A DNA stretch of 64,000 nt, taken from Anaeromyxobacteraceae bacterium. Its GTDB lineage: Bacteria; Myxococcota; Myxococcia; Myxococcales; Anaeromyxobacteraceae. The stretch spans positions 1,760,001-1,824,000 of the forward strand of contig JASGHJ010000001.1 of NCBI GenBank assembly GCA_047602405.1. Direction: 5' to 3'. Made by a program: the position numbers and the translations under genes. This document shows, one piece after another, positions 19,248 through 29,985 of this stretch. Numbering within the stretch: the stretch's first letter is position 1; each line of letters starts with the position of its first letter. The notes under the pieces were generated by a model that was given only the letters and a program-made list of their open reading frames with translations, did not search any database and was not told the DNA's origin.

Positions 19248-21526
19248 GCCGCCGCGTGCTGCTCGTGGGCCTCGCCCTCGCCGCGGCGGGTCCGGCGTGC
19301 GTGCTCGTCGACGACCGCACGCTCGAGGTGCTGCCGGCGGACGTGCTCTTCGCGGGCGCGACGGGCGACGTCGACCACGACCTCGAGCCCGTGCTCGAGC
19401 TCGAGGCCCGCACGACCGCCGCGCGGGTGGAGCTCCTCCTCGACGGCGTGCGCGTCGGGGACCACCCCGCGAACGGGAAGATCCGCCAGCCGTTCCCGTT
19501 CTCGCCGTACGTCGGCGGTCCGACCACGGGCGAGCACCTCCTCACCGTGCGCGAGGTGGGCGTCGCGCGCCCGAAGGAGGTCACCCGGCGCTTCGAGTTC
19601 TTCCCGAGCCGCCCCGCGGTGGTGCCGGATCCGCCCGAGGGATACGCCGCGCTCGACACCCGGACGATCCGGCTGCGGTTCGAGCACGCGCCGGTGGCCT
19701 CGCGGCTCGGCGCGGACGACATCCGGCTCGAGCTCGACGGCGTGCCCTCCGGCGGCCCGCGCGTCGAGGGCGACGGCACCGTCCTCGCCTTCGACCTGCC
19801 CTCGCCGCTCGCGGCGTAGGGCACGGTCGCCATCACCTACCAGCCGGCGCGCCTGTTCGGCGCGCGCGCGGACCGGGTCGTCCGGCACACGTGGACGGGC
19901 GCCCTCGTCGACGCGACCGTCTCGCACGAGGGCCCGAGCCTCGTCGCGGGCAAGGTGCTCCTCGGCGTGGCCTGGAGCGGGCGGTTCCCCCCCGCCGTCC
20001 AGCTGCGCGCCGGCGAGCGCGTGATCGCCACGCTCGGCCCCGCGCCGCCGCCGCTCCCGGTGGAGTGGGACACCACGGGGGTGCCCGAGGGGACGTACCC
20101 GCTCTCGCTGGCCGCGGACGGCTACCGCTTCCGCTACACGCCGGCCCCGCCGACGCTGGTCGTCGCGAACGCGCCCGCCGAGGGGATCACCTGCCCCGCG
20201 CCGACGGGGGACGTCCGGCCGCTCGGCGACGTGTGCGTCACCGTGGTCCCGCCCGCGGGCGTGACGATCGTGGAGGGCGCCTTCGAGGTCGCGGGCCGCA
20301 CGAGCGCGGCGGCGATTCCCGGCAACCGCGCCTGCAGCGCCCTCGCGCGCGACGTCGGCTCGTTCTGGGAGCCGCTCGTCGGGCCCGGGTTCGAGGCACC
20401 CGACCTCGGCGGCACGGCGACCTTCACGGCGACGCTCCGCACCGCGGCCGGCGTGACCGGCACCGCGAGCTGCACCCTCGCCTGGCCGGCGTGGCGCGCG
20501 CCGCTCCCGGACCCTTTGCCGGGCCCGGTCGCCGCGAGCGAGGTCTCGCTCGTCGCCGACTCGGGGACCTGCGGGCTCCTCTCCGGGCTCTGCCTCGGCG
20601 GAAACGACGGCCTGCTCCTCGCCATCGGCGCCGGGGCCGAGGCCGGGCGCGTCCGGGCCTGGGCGTTCACGGACGGTGGCTGGACCTCCGGGGGCTCCCT
20701 GGGTGGCGGGGCGAACGTCGCGGCCTCCGCGCTCGCGGGCGACCTGTGGGTGGAGCGCTCCGCCGGCGGGCCGGGCAGGCTCCGGCAGGCGCAGACCATC
20801 CCCGACCTGAACCTCGACCCCGCGGCGGACGCGGACGAGCCCGCGGTGTCCCCGGGCGGCACCGTGGTCGGCCAGTCCGCCACCCGCGCGTGGACGGAGG
20901 CGCAGGCGAGCGGGCGGGCCATCGTCGTGTACGGCAGGCCCGTCCCGCGCCTCGACCCGGCCGCGGTCGCGTCGCAGCCCGCGGTGACGGAGCCCGTGGC
21001 GCTCTTCGGCCTGGATCCGACCTTCGCGGCCTGGATCGAGCGGGCTCCCGGGGGCGTGGCGAGGGTCCGCGCGGCCACGCCGTCCCCGTACGCCGACCCG
21101 GTCTGGTACGAGGGGGTGACGAACGCCGACCCCGCGGTGGATGCGGCGGAGCCGGCCGTCTTCGCGGCGAAGGGCATCGCGATCGTCGCCTGGCGCGAGG
21201 GCGGGAAGCTCCTCGCCCGCGTCGTCACCGCGGGTGGGGTCGGGCCGCCCGAGGTGCTCAACGCCGACCCCGCCCGCGCCGCGCGCCGGCCGCGCTTCGA
21301 CGCCGACGGCCGGACGCCCACGCTGTACTGGCTCGAGGCCGACGCCGCCGGCGGCGAGGCGATCCGCGTGCGGCGGTACACGGGCTCGTCCTGGCTCCTC
21401 TACCCGCAGGCGGTGAACGGCCCCGCGCCCGGCGCCGTGAGGTCCTACGCGGTCGACGCCCACCGGGTGGTCTGGGTGGACGGCGCGGGAGGAGTTCACC
21501 TGCGCGTCGCGGGCTTCCCGCGCTGA
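19244..21526 (+). pseudogene. Large lipoprotein (Ig-like domains) interrupted by an in-frame TAG at 19817-19819
   Basis: GTG overlaps upstream stop; lipobox AAGPAC; frame continues without shift through TAG into ORF 19955..21526. Confidence 0.65.
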
Positions 21527-21618
21527 GCCGCGGCCCGCTGCGCGACTTCCCCGAAGGGTGCCCGGCGGGACGGAACGCTCGCGAGGGCCCCCCGGTTCGT
21601 GGCAGCATGCCTGCCCAC

Positions 21619-22984
21619 ATGTCCACGACCGCCGCCGCCCGCGAGCGCTTCCCCCGCTCGATTCTGGTTCCTCGCCTGGAACGAGGCCGCCGAGCGCTTC
21701 TCGTACTACGGCATGACGTCGATCCTCACCCTGCACCTCGTGCAGCACATGGGGATTGCGAAGAACGAGGCCGTCTCCTGGTACTCGTACTTCGTGGCGG
21801 CGGTGTACCTGATGCCGCTCGTCGGCGGCGTCCTCGCCGACCGCTGGTGGGGCCGGTACCACACCATCCTCTGGCTCTCGTTCGGCTACGTCGCGGGCCA
21901 CCTCACCATCGCGTTCTTCGAGTCGCCGATCGGCATGATCGTCGGCTGCGCGCTCATCGCGATCGGCTCGGGCGGCATCAAGCCCAACGCGTCGGCCTAC
22001 GCCGGCGACCAGATCCCGAAGGGCAACAAGCCGCTCCTCGAGCGGCTGTACGACCTCTGGTACTGGATGATCAACGTCGGCTCGCTCTCTTCGCAGTTCG
22101 CGGTGCCCTGGCTCTACGAGCGGTACGGCCCGCGCGTCGCGTTCGGCACGCCCGCCGCCGCGATGGCGCTCGCGCTCGTGCTGTTCCTGCTCGGGAGGAA
22201 GCAGTACGTCCGGCCGCCGCCGACCGGCCCGTCGCCGCACGGGTTCCTGAAGGTGCTCGCCGGTGGGTTCTCCGGGGCGGGCGGTTCCTGGACCGAGCGC
22301 GCGCTCTCCCGGCACCCCGCCGAGGCGGTCGAGGGCGTGAAGGCGGTGTTCCGGATCGGCGTCGTCTTCGCGGCGGTCTCGGCGTTCTGGTCGCTCTTCT
22401 TCCAGTACGGCTCCACCTGGACGCTCCAGGCGGAGGAGATGAACCGCGCGCTCGGCGACTACACCATCCCCGCCGGCCAGGTGCAGACGCTCGACGCGCT
22501 GTTCGTGCTGAGCCTCATCCCGGTGCTGACCTTCTTCGTCTACCCGGCCATCGAGCGGCGGGTGAGGCTCACCGCGCTGCGCAAGATGGCGGCGGGCATG
22601 TTCGTCATGGTGATCGCGTTCCTGATCACCGCCGCGGTCGAGGGCGAGCTCCGGGCCGGGCACCAGCTCCACGTGGCCTGGCAGATCCCGCAGTACTTCT
22701 TCCTCGCGGTCGCGGAGGTGCTCGTCTCGGTGACCGCGCTCGAGTTCGCGTACACGCAGGCGCCGGCCTCCTTCAAGAGCGCGATCATGGGCATGTGGTT
22801 CCTCACGTTCTTCGTGGGGAGCATGCTCACCGGCATCGTCTCCTCCCTGAACCGGTTCCAGGGCGTCGGCTTCTACCTCTTCTTCGCGGCGCTCCAGCTC
22901 GTGGCGGCCGTCGCCTTCGCCGGGCTCGCGCGCTGGTACCCGGAGCGGCCCGCCGCGGGCGCGGCCGCGCAGCCGGCGGCGTAG
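21619..22984 (+). CDS. POT/PTR2 proton-dependent oligopeptide transporter 1 (apparent +1 frameshift at ~21662)
   Basis: EAAERFSYYGM, GGVLADRWWG, GGIKPN, YWMINVGS, EFAYTQAP; N-terminus MSTTAAARERFPRSI lies in another frame. Confidence 0.88.
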
Positions 22985-22997
22985 GGGAGACCCACGC

Positions 22998-24360
22998 GTG
23001 CGCTACCCGCCGCAGGTCAAGTACATCATCGGCCAGGAGGCCACCGAGCGCTTCTCGTTCTACGGGATGCGCTCGATCCTCACGCTGTACATGCTCGACC
23101 ACCTGTACTTCGCGGAGGCCGACGCGAAGTCCTGGTTCCACCTGTTCGTGATGGCGAACTTCCTCACGCCGCTCGCCGGCGGGTGGATCGCCGACCGCTA
23201 CTGGGGCCGCTACCGCACCATCCTCTGGATCTCGCTCGCGTACGTCGTGGGGCACGCGACGCTCGCGATTCTGGGAGACGCCGGTGGGCCTGCTCGTCGG
23301 GTGCTCGCTCATCGCGCTCGGCGCGGGCGGCATCAAGCCGTGCGTGTCCGCGTTCGTGGGCGATCAGTTCGTGCCGGGCGAGGAGCGGCTGCGCGACCGC
23401 GTCTACGGCTGGTTCTACTGGTCCATCAACCTCGGCTCGTTCTTCTCGTACCTCACGATCCCGACGCTCCTGAAGACCGTCGGCCCCTGGGCCGCGTTCG
23501 GCGTGCCCGGGATCCTCATGCTCGTCTCCCTCCTCTTCTTCTGGGGCGGGACGAAGCACTACCGCATGACGCCGCCCTCGGGCCCGAACCCGCACAACGT
23601 CTACGCGGTGATCCGCGACGCCGTGCACAAGCTCGGCACCGGCCGCCACGGCCAGCACTGGCTCGACCTCGCCCTCGCCAAGCACCCGCAGGAGGCCGTC
23701 GAGGGCGCGAAGGCCGTGTTCAAGCTCGCCGGCGTGTTCGCGGCCGTGGCGTTCTTCTGGGCGCTCTTCGACCAGAAGAGCTCGACCTGGGTCATCCAGT
23801 CGAAGGCCCTCGACCGCCAGTTCTTCGGCGTCGAGCTCTCCCCGGCCGCGTTCCAGCTCTACAACCCGGTCCTCGTGATGGTGCTGATCCCGTTCCTCAC
23901 CTGGGTCGTCTTCCCGGGGCTCGAGCGCCGGGGCGTGTCGCTGGCCCCGCTGCGCAAGATGACGCTCGGCATGTTCCTGACCGCGATCTCCTTCGGGGTC
24001 GCGGCGGTGCTGCAGACGTTCCTCGACGGCGGGCAGACGCTGAGCGTGATGTGGCAGTTCCCGCAGTACGTCTTCCTGACGGCCGGCGAGGTGCTGGTCT
24101 CGGTCACCGGCCTCGAGTTCGCGTACTCGCAGGCGCCGCGGTCGCTGCGCTCGACCATCATGTCGGTCTGGTTCCTGACGGCCGCGGCCGGCAACGGCAT
24201 CACCGCGATCCTCTCGAAGCTGCTCCGCCTGCACGGGGCGGCGAACTTCTGGGTGTACGCCGCGCTGATGCTCGTGGCCGCCATCGCGTTCCGCGAGGTC
24301 GCGAAGCGGTACCGGCCGTGGTCGCCCGAGGCTGCTGCGGCCGCCGCCGCGGCGCGCTAG
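22998..24360 (+). CDS. POT/PTR2 proton-dependent oligopeptide transporter 2 (apparent +1 frameshift at ~23269)
   Basis: EATERFSFYGM in frame of 22998; GGIKPCVSAFVGDQF, YWSINLGS, EFAYSQAP in frame of 23284. Confidence 0.88.
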
Positions 24361-24369
24361 GATTCGCCC

Positions 24370-24864
24370 ATGCTGATGAAGGAGACGCTCTGGGTCCGCC
24401 TGCTCGGCCTGCGCATCCCCGGCCTGCTCTTCTGCTCGCCCAGGGTGCTCGAGCTCGACGACGAGGGCTGCGCGGTGGGCATCCCGCTCCGCTGGCGCAC
24501 GAAGAACCACCTCGGCTCGATGTACTTCGCGGTGCTCGCCGCCGGCGCCGATCTCGCCGCGGGGCTCAACGCCTTCCGGCTCATCCGCGAGCAGCACCCG
24601 AAGGTGAACCTCATCTTCGCCGACGTGAAGGCGCAGTTCCTGAAGCGGGCGGACGGCGACGTGGTCTTCCGCTCCCGGCAGGGGAAGCAGATCGCCGAGG
24701 CCATGCGGCAGACCGAGGCGACCGGGGAGCGCGTCACGTTCCCGGTCGAGATCGTGGCCACCGTGCCCTCGAAGTACGGCGACGAGCCCGTCGCGAGGTT
24801 CACCCTCGGGCTCTCGCTGAAGAAGAAGTCGGACAAGCCGGCGGAAGCGCCGAAGGCGGCCTGA
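24370..24864 (+). CDS. Hotdog-fold thioesterase-like protein (DUF4442/PaaI-like)
   Basis: IPLRWRTKNHLGSMYFAVLAAGAD, FLKRADGDV. Confidence 0.8.
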   Translation: MLMKETLWVRLLGLRIPGLLFCSPRVLELDDEGCAVGIPLRWRTKNHLGSMYFAVLAAGADLAAGLNAFRLIREQHPKVNLIFADVKAQFLKRADGDVVFRSRQGKQIAEAMRQTEATGERVTFPVEIVATVPSKYGDEPVARFTLGLSLKKKSDKPAEAPKAA

Positions 24865-26192
24865 TGAACGCTCGGACCAGCACCCTCGCCCTGTTGCTCG
24901 CCGCGGGCCTCGCGCCCGCCGTCGCGCACGCGTCGAGCGGCATGAAGTCCTCGATCGAGGACGACTACCCCGCCGCGCTCGCCGCGGCGAAGGCCCGGAA
25001 CGTCCCGATCGTCGTGGACGTCTGGGCCCCCTGGTGACCCACCTGTCGCTTCATGCGGGCGTACGTCCTCCCGGACCCTCGCCTCGTGAAGCTCGCCGGA
25101 CGGTTCGTCTGGCTCGGCATCGACACGGAGAATCCGAAGAACCTCCACTTCACGGAGAAGTTCCCCATCGACGCGTGGCCGTCGCTGCTCGTCGTGGACC
25201 CGGCCACCGAGCAGGTGGTGGTGCGCTGGGCGGGGACCGCCACGGCCGCGGAGATCGAGAAGCTCGCGATCGACGGTGAGCGCGCGCTGAAGTCGCAGGC
25301 CGCCTCCCGCGCCGACGGCTACCTCGCCGAGGCGGACAAGCTGCTCGGGGCCCGCGCCCACGCCAAGGCCGCCGAGGCGTACGGGAAGGCGGTCGCCGAG
25401 GGCGGCAAGGCCTGGCCCGGCTACGAGCGCGCCGCCGAGGCGCGGGTCTCGTCGCTCGCGCTCGCGGACGACGCGGCGGGCTGCGCCGCCGCCGCGCGCG
25501 AGCTCTCCCCGGCGATCCGCGGCGCACCCTCGGCCGCGCGCGTGCTCGCGCAGGGCCTGGGCTGCGCGCTCTCGCTCGACGGCGAGGACGCGAAGAAGGC
25601 CGCGGTGGCGCCGCTCGTGGAGCGCGCGAAGAAGCTGCTCGGCGACCCCGCCGTGCTCGCCGACGACCGCTCCTGGCTCTACGACGAGCTCGTGCAGGTG
25701 AAGCGCGGCCAGGGCGACGAGGCGGGCGCGAAGGCGCTCGCGGGCCGGTGGCTCCAGTTCCTCGAGCGCGAGGTGAAGCGCGCGAAGGGGCCGATGGAGC
25801 GCTCCGCCTTCAACGGCCAGCTCGTCAGCGCCGCCCTCGCGGTGGGCCAGCCGGAGCGGGTGCTCCCGACGCTCGTCCAGTCGGAGAAGGACCTCCCCGG
25901 AGACTTCGCGCCGCCGACGCTCGTCGGCTACGTGAGCCTCAAGCTCGGCAAGAACGCGGAGGCCCTCGCGGCGGCCGACCGTGCCCTCGCGCTCGCGCAG
26001 GGGCCGCGCCGGATCCGGATCCTCGTGCTCAAGGGGCAGGCCGAGCAGGCGCTCGGCCAGCCGGACGTCGCGCGCGCGACCTTCGAGCGGGCCCTCGCGG
26101 AGGGCGAGGCGCTGCCCGACAACGCGCGGCCCACCGGGTTCATGCGGCAGGCGAGGAAGGCCCTCGACGGGCTGAAGCCGGCGGGGTCCTGA
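24864..26192 (+). CDS. Exported thioredoxin-fold + helical/TPR-like protein, predicted selenoprotein (UGA=Sec at 25035-25037, UPTC active site), 442 aa
   Basis: ATG coupled to upstream TGATG; signal peptide; IVVDVWAPW-TGA-PTCRFM continuing in frame into ORF 25053..26192; cis-Pro motif AWPSLLVVD. Confidence 0.85.
25038..25080 (+). promoter_or_regulatory. Candidate bacterial SECIS element
   Basis: GGGC-GTAC-GTCC hairpin (25057-25068), GU-starting loop 23 nt after the UGA. Confidence 0.5.
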
Positions 26193-26213
26193 CGGCGGGC
26201 CGGGGCGCGGCGC

Positions 26214-27071
26214 TCACCCCGCGATCAGCAGGATCGCGACGAGCACCGCGCCCACGCCCGCGCCCTGCGCGCGCGTGAGGCGCTCGCGCAGGAAGACGGC
26301 GGCGAGGAGCACCGTGCTCGCGGGGTAGAGCGACGAGAGCACCGCGGCGACGTCGAGGCGCCCGGCCTGGCTCGCGAGCACGAAGAAGGCGTTGCCGCTC
26401 GCGTCGAGGAGGCCGGAGAGCAGCACGAGGGGCCAGGCGCCGCGCGGCGGGACCTTCGCGACCGGCGAGGTCGCCAGCGCGATGATCGAGAGCACCGCGG
26501 AGGTGCCGCGGGCGGCGGCGAGGGGCCAGAAGGTGCCGCCGGCGCCGGCGACGCGCATGAGGAGCAGGAAGCCGCCGAAGCCGGCGCCCGCGAGCAGCGC
26601 GAGGGCGAGGCCGCTCCTGCCGCTCGAGCCCGGCGCCTCGGAGGCGGCGACGAGCCAGATGCCCGCGAGGGCGATGCCGAAGCCCACGAGCTTCGGCCAC
26701 GGCGGCACGCCCTCGACGACGGTCCCCGCGAGCACGGGGATCGCGGCCGAGAGCACGGCCGAGACGGGGGCGACCACGCCCATCCGGCCCACCGCGAGGC
26801 CGCGGTAGAGCGCGGCGAGGCCGAGCGCGCCCGCGGCGCCGGCGGCGGCGGCCCAGAGCAGCGAGGAGGAGAAGGCGAGCGGCTCGTGCGCGAGGAGCGC
26901 GACCGCGACGATCGACGCGACGCCCGCCGTCTGGCCCCACGCGAGCACGGCCGGGAGCGGTGCCCTGCGCGAGGCGAGGCCGCCGGAGAAGTCCCCTGCG
27001 CCCCAGGAGGCGGCGGAGGTGAGGCCGAAGACGATGGCGGCGAGCTCGGGGGGCACGCGCCTTCCTGCCAC
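26214..27071 (-). CDS. EamA/DMT family transporter
   Basis: WGAGDFSGG, GRMGVVAP, VLSSLYPASTVLLA..FLRER; ~10 TM; start may be GTG 27056. Confidence 0.9.
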   Translation of the reverse strand: MAGRRVPPELAAIVFGLTSAASWGAGDFSGGLASRRAPLPAVLAWGQTAGVASIVAVALLAHEPLAFSSSLLWAAAAGAAGALGLAALYRGLAVGRMGVVAPVSAVLSAAIPVLAGTVVEGVPPWPKLVGFGIALAGIWLVAASEAPGSSGRSGLALALLAGAGFGGFLLLMRVAGAGGTFWPLAAARGTSAVLSIIALATSPVAKVPPRGAWPLVLLSGLLDASGNAFFVLASQAGRLDVAAVLSSLYPASTVLLAAVFLRERLTRAQGAGVGAVLVAILLIAG

Positions 27072-27104
27072 GGATGCCGGGCGCGCGTCGAGGGGGCCCG
27101 GTCC

Positions 27105-27599
27105 TCACCGGCAAGGATACAGGCTCTGCGTGAGCAGCCAGGCGCGGCCGCGCGCCTCGAAGCAGAACGGCGCGCCGGGCGTGCCGGCGGCGCGGGCGCG
27201 GAAGTCGAGGCAGGGGCGGCCGACCGGTCCGGCCTCCTCGTCGCGCGCGAAGGCGACCAGCACCGCCACCTGCGCGTGCTCGCGGAACAGCGCGCGGAGC
27301 GACGGCGCGGTGCCCGCGGGCGCCGAGAAGCCCGGCCCGCCGAAGAGCACGCCGCGCAGCCAGGAGCGCGGGGCGGAGAGGTCGCGCGCCACCTTCGCCC
27401 GCGGCACGACGCGATCGCCGCAGCGGAGCCCGTCCGCGGGCACGCGCGCGAGGAGCGCGGCGACGTCCTCGCGCTCGATCTCGCGCCGGAGGGCGGCGCC
27501 CACCTTCACGAGCTCGGCCGCGATCGCCGCGCGCCGGGTCTCGACCGGGTCGCCGGGAGGGTCCGCCGCGAGCGCGAGGGCGAGGAGGAGCGCGGGCAC
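27105..27599 (-). CDS. Secreted hypothetical protein (Cys-containing)
   Basis: Signal-like N-terminus, GC3-consistent frame. Confidence 0.55.
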   Translation of the reverse strand: MPALLLALALAADPPGDPVETRRAAIAAELVKVGAALRREIEREDVAALLARVPADGLRCGDRVVPRAKVARDLSAPRSWLRGVLFGGPGFSAPAGTAPSLRALFREHAQVAVLVAFARDEEAGPVGRPCLDFRARAAGTPGAPFCFEARGRAWLLTQSLYPCR

Positions 27600-27658
27600 G
27601 CCGGGAGCGTAGGGCGCCGGACGGCCCGGCGCCAGGCATCGTCAGGTCGCGGGAGGAG

Positions 27659-28939
27659 CTACGGCGCCCCCCCACCTCCACCCTCGTCGGCGTCCGGGTA
27701 GTACCGATCGAAGCACTCCGGGCACAGCCCGTGGCTGAACTCCGCGCGCGAGTGGTCGGAGATGTACGTCTCGATCTTCGTCCAGTAACCCTCGTCGTCC
27801 TTGATCTTCTTGCAGTGGGCGCAGATCGGGAGGAGCCCGTGCAGCGTCTCCACCTTGCGCAGCGCGGCCGCGAGCTCCTCGACGGTGCGGCTGAGCGTGG
27901 CCGTCCGCTCCTGGACGAGGCTCTCCAGGCGATCGCGGTGGGCCCGCAGCGCCGCCTCGCTCCGCTCCAGCGCGCCGAGCTCCCGGGCGCGCGAGATCGC
28001 GAGGAACGAGGCCGCGGCGAGGGCCGGGGCGAGCCGGCGGTAGCGCGGCAGGTGGGCCGGGAAGGCGACGCCCTCGAACCCGAGGCGAGCGACCGGGGCG
28101 TCCGCGGGGCCGAGGCGCAGGAGCAGGCCGGCGCCGCCCGGGCCGGGCGCGAGCTCGCCGTCGAACCCGCGCAGGGCGGCCTCCAGCGCGGCGACGTCGC
28201 CGGCGCCGCGGCGCATCACCTCGCCGTCGAGCGGACCGCCCAGCACCAGGATCGCGAGCCGCTCGGGCGCGAACAGCACGTCCACGAGGTCGGCGAAGCG
28301 CCCGAGCACCTCGGGCTCGCCGAGCGTGGGCGGCAGCTCGTACAGGGTGTCGAGCAGGGCGGCCTTGTCGGCGGCGCGGTGCTCCGCCTCCATGCGCCGG
28401 GCGGTCTCGAGCGCCAGCGCGACCTCCCGGGCGAGGTGGTCGAGCGGGATCGCCTGCCGCTCCAGCGGGAGCTCGAGCGTCGCCGCGAGCTCCGCGGCCG
28501 CGGCGGGTGCGCCGGCGTCGAGGCCGGTGTCGAGCAGCACCACCTTCCGGTGCGCCTCGCGGACGAGCTCGAGGGCGGGCGCGAGCGGTCCGCCCTGGGC
28601 GAGCTCCTCGCGCCACGTCCGGAGCCAGCCCGGGGTGACGAGGAGCGCGCCGGCCGCGAGCGCGGGATCGAGGAGCGCGGCGTCCGCCAGCAGGTGGAAC
28701 GTCGTCGACGCGGGCGGCCACGCCGCGAGGAGGCGCGGGTCCGCGCACGCCGCGACGAGGGTCGGTGGCTCGCCGGGCTGCTGCGCCGGGGGCTCCCGCC
28801 GGAGCGGGCCACCCGCCGAGCAGCGCGCCGCGCAGGGCGCGCGCCGCACCTCCACGTTCGCGCCGAGGCGCGCCGCGGCCTCGCGGACCTCGTCCACGAG
28901 GAACCGGCAGGCGAGGAGCGGCGCGGCGGGGGTGGTCAC
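27659..28939 (-). CDS. DUF1638-like domain + GAF-like region + coiled coil + C-terminal CxxC..HGxCPxC domain signalling protein
   Basis: LLVTPGWLRTWR, KVVLLDTG, LELPLE..IPLDHL; LESLVQERTA coil; GLLPICAHCKKIKDDEGYW..FSHGLCPEC; GTG start overlaps upstream stop. Confidence 0.75.
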   Translation of the reverse strand: MTTPAAPLLACRFLVDEVREAAARLGANVEVRRAPCAARCSAGGPLRREPPAQQPGEPPTLVAACADPRLLAAWPPASTTFHLLADAALLDPALAAGALLVTPGWLRTWREELAQGGPLAPALELVREAHRKVVLLDTGLDAGAPAAAAELAATLELPLERQAIPLDHLAREVALALETARRMEAEHRAADKAALLDTLYELPPTLGEPEVLGRFADLVDVLFAPERLAILVLGGPLDGEVMRRGAGDVAALEAALRGFDGELAPGPGGAGLLLRLGPADAPVARLGFEGVAFPAHLPRYRRLAPALAAASFLAISRARELGALERSEAALRAHRDRLESLVQERTATLSRTVEELAAALRKVETLHGLLPICAHCKKIKDDEGYWTKIETYISDHSRAEFSHGLCPECFDRYYPDADEGGGGGAP

Positions 28940-29985
28940 GCGACCGCCCCGGTCCAGGTGAGGGGCTGGCGGCCGAACCGCTGCGCGGCCTCGGTGATCG
29001 CGAGGAGGGTGTCGAGCGGCACGGGGTAGGGGATCTCGCCGTGGTGCTCGGTGAGCACGAACCCGCCGCCCGGGGCCGCGGCGGCGACGGCGGCGCGCAC
29101 GGCGCGGGCCGCCGCCTCCCCGTCGCCCGCGTGGATCGCGAGCGAGTCGAGCCCCCCGAGGAGCACCGCCCGCCCGCGGGTGCGCTCGCGGAAGGCCTCG
29201 AGCGGCTCGCCCGCGGAGGCCACCACCGCGGCGGCGCCGGCCTCGAGGACGTCCTCCACGCGGGCGAGCGCCCGGGCGGAGGAGTGGGAGACGCCGGCGG
29301 GGGCGCCGATCGCGGCGAGCGTGCGCCGGAGCGACGGGAGGGCGAAGCGCTGCTGGAGCGCGGGGCTCGAGATCTCCGTCGCGCCGACGGGATCGACGAC
29401 GGTGATCCCCGCCGCGCCCGCCGCGCGCTGCATGAGCGCCCAGGCGACCGCGAACCGCTCGTTCACGGCGAGGAGTCGGTCCGCCTCCGCGGGCGCCTCG
29501 TGCAGGAGCTCCAGCCAGACGTGCAGGCCGAGCTGCATGGGCGGCAGCGAGTACGGCGACATGATCGCGCCCATGATCAGGCACTCGCCGTTCGCCCGCG
29601 CCACGAGCGCGCGGGTGGCCTCGAGGACGCGCCGCAGCGCCGGCACGGCGGCCGGGTCGGGCGCCTCGAGCGCGCCGAGCCGCGAGAGCCGGAGGGTGGG
29701 CGGGCCCGGCACCGGTGGGCCATCGGGCTGGAAGACCGTCTCGCCGCCGAAGGCCTCGTGCTCCACGCTGACGTAGGGGTAGGCCTGCAGCAGGTCGTGC
29801 CCGAGCAGCGCGCGCAGGCGGAGCTGGCCCTCGACCATGGCCCGGGCATCCCCGAAGTACGCCTGCAGCGGCATCTGCAGGAGGCGCGCGCCGTGCATCG
29901 TCGCCGGGATCACGTAGGGGACCCGGTCGAGGAGCCGACCCTCGAAGGCGGCGAGGAGCCGCTGCGCGGAGGTCGGGCCGCTCAC
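28936..29985 (-). CDS. Uroporphyrinogen decarboxylase / MtaA-CmuA methyltransferase fold protein
   Basis: RLLAAFEG..DRVP, EAFG, GAIMSPYSL, AGAAGITVVDP, LLGGLD, GGGFVL..GEIP..VPLD. Confidence 0.8.
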   Translation of the reverse strand: MSGPTSAQRLLAAFEGRLLDRVPYVIPATMHGARLLQMPLQAYFGDARAMVEGQLRLRALLGHDLLQAYPYVSVEHEAFGGETVFQPDGPPVPGPPTLRLSRLGALEAPDPAAVPALRRVLEATRALVARANGECLIMGAIMSPYSLPPMQLGLHVWLELLHEAPAEADRLLAVNERFAVAWALMQRAAGAAGITVVDPVGATEISSPALQQRFALPSLRRTLAAIGAPAGVSHSSARALARVEDVLEAGAAAVVASAGEPLEAFRERTRGRAVLLGGLDSLAIHAGDGEAAARAVRAAVAAAAPGGGFVLTEHHGEIPYPVPLDTLLAITEAAQRFGRQPLTWTGAVA

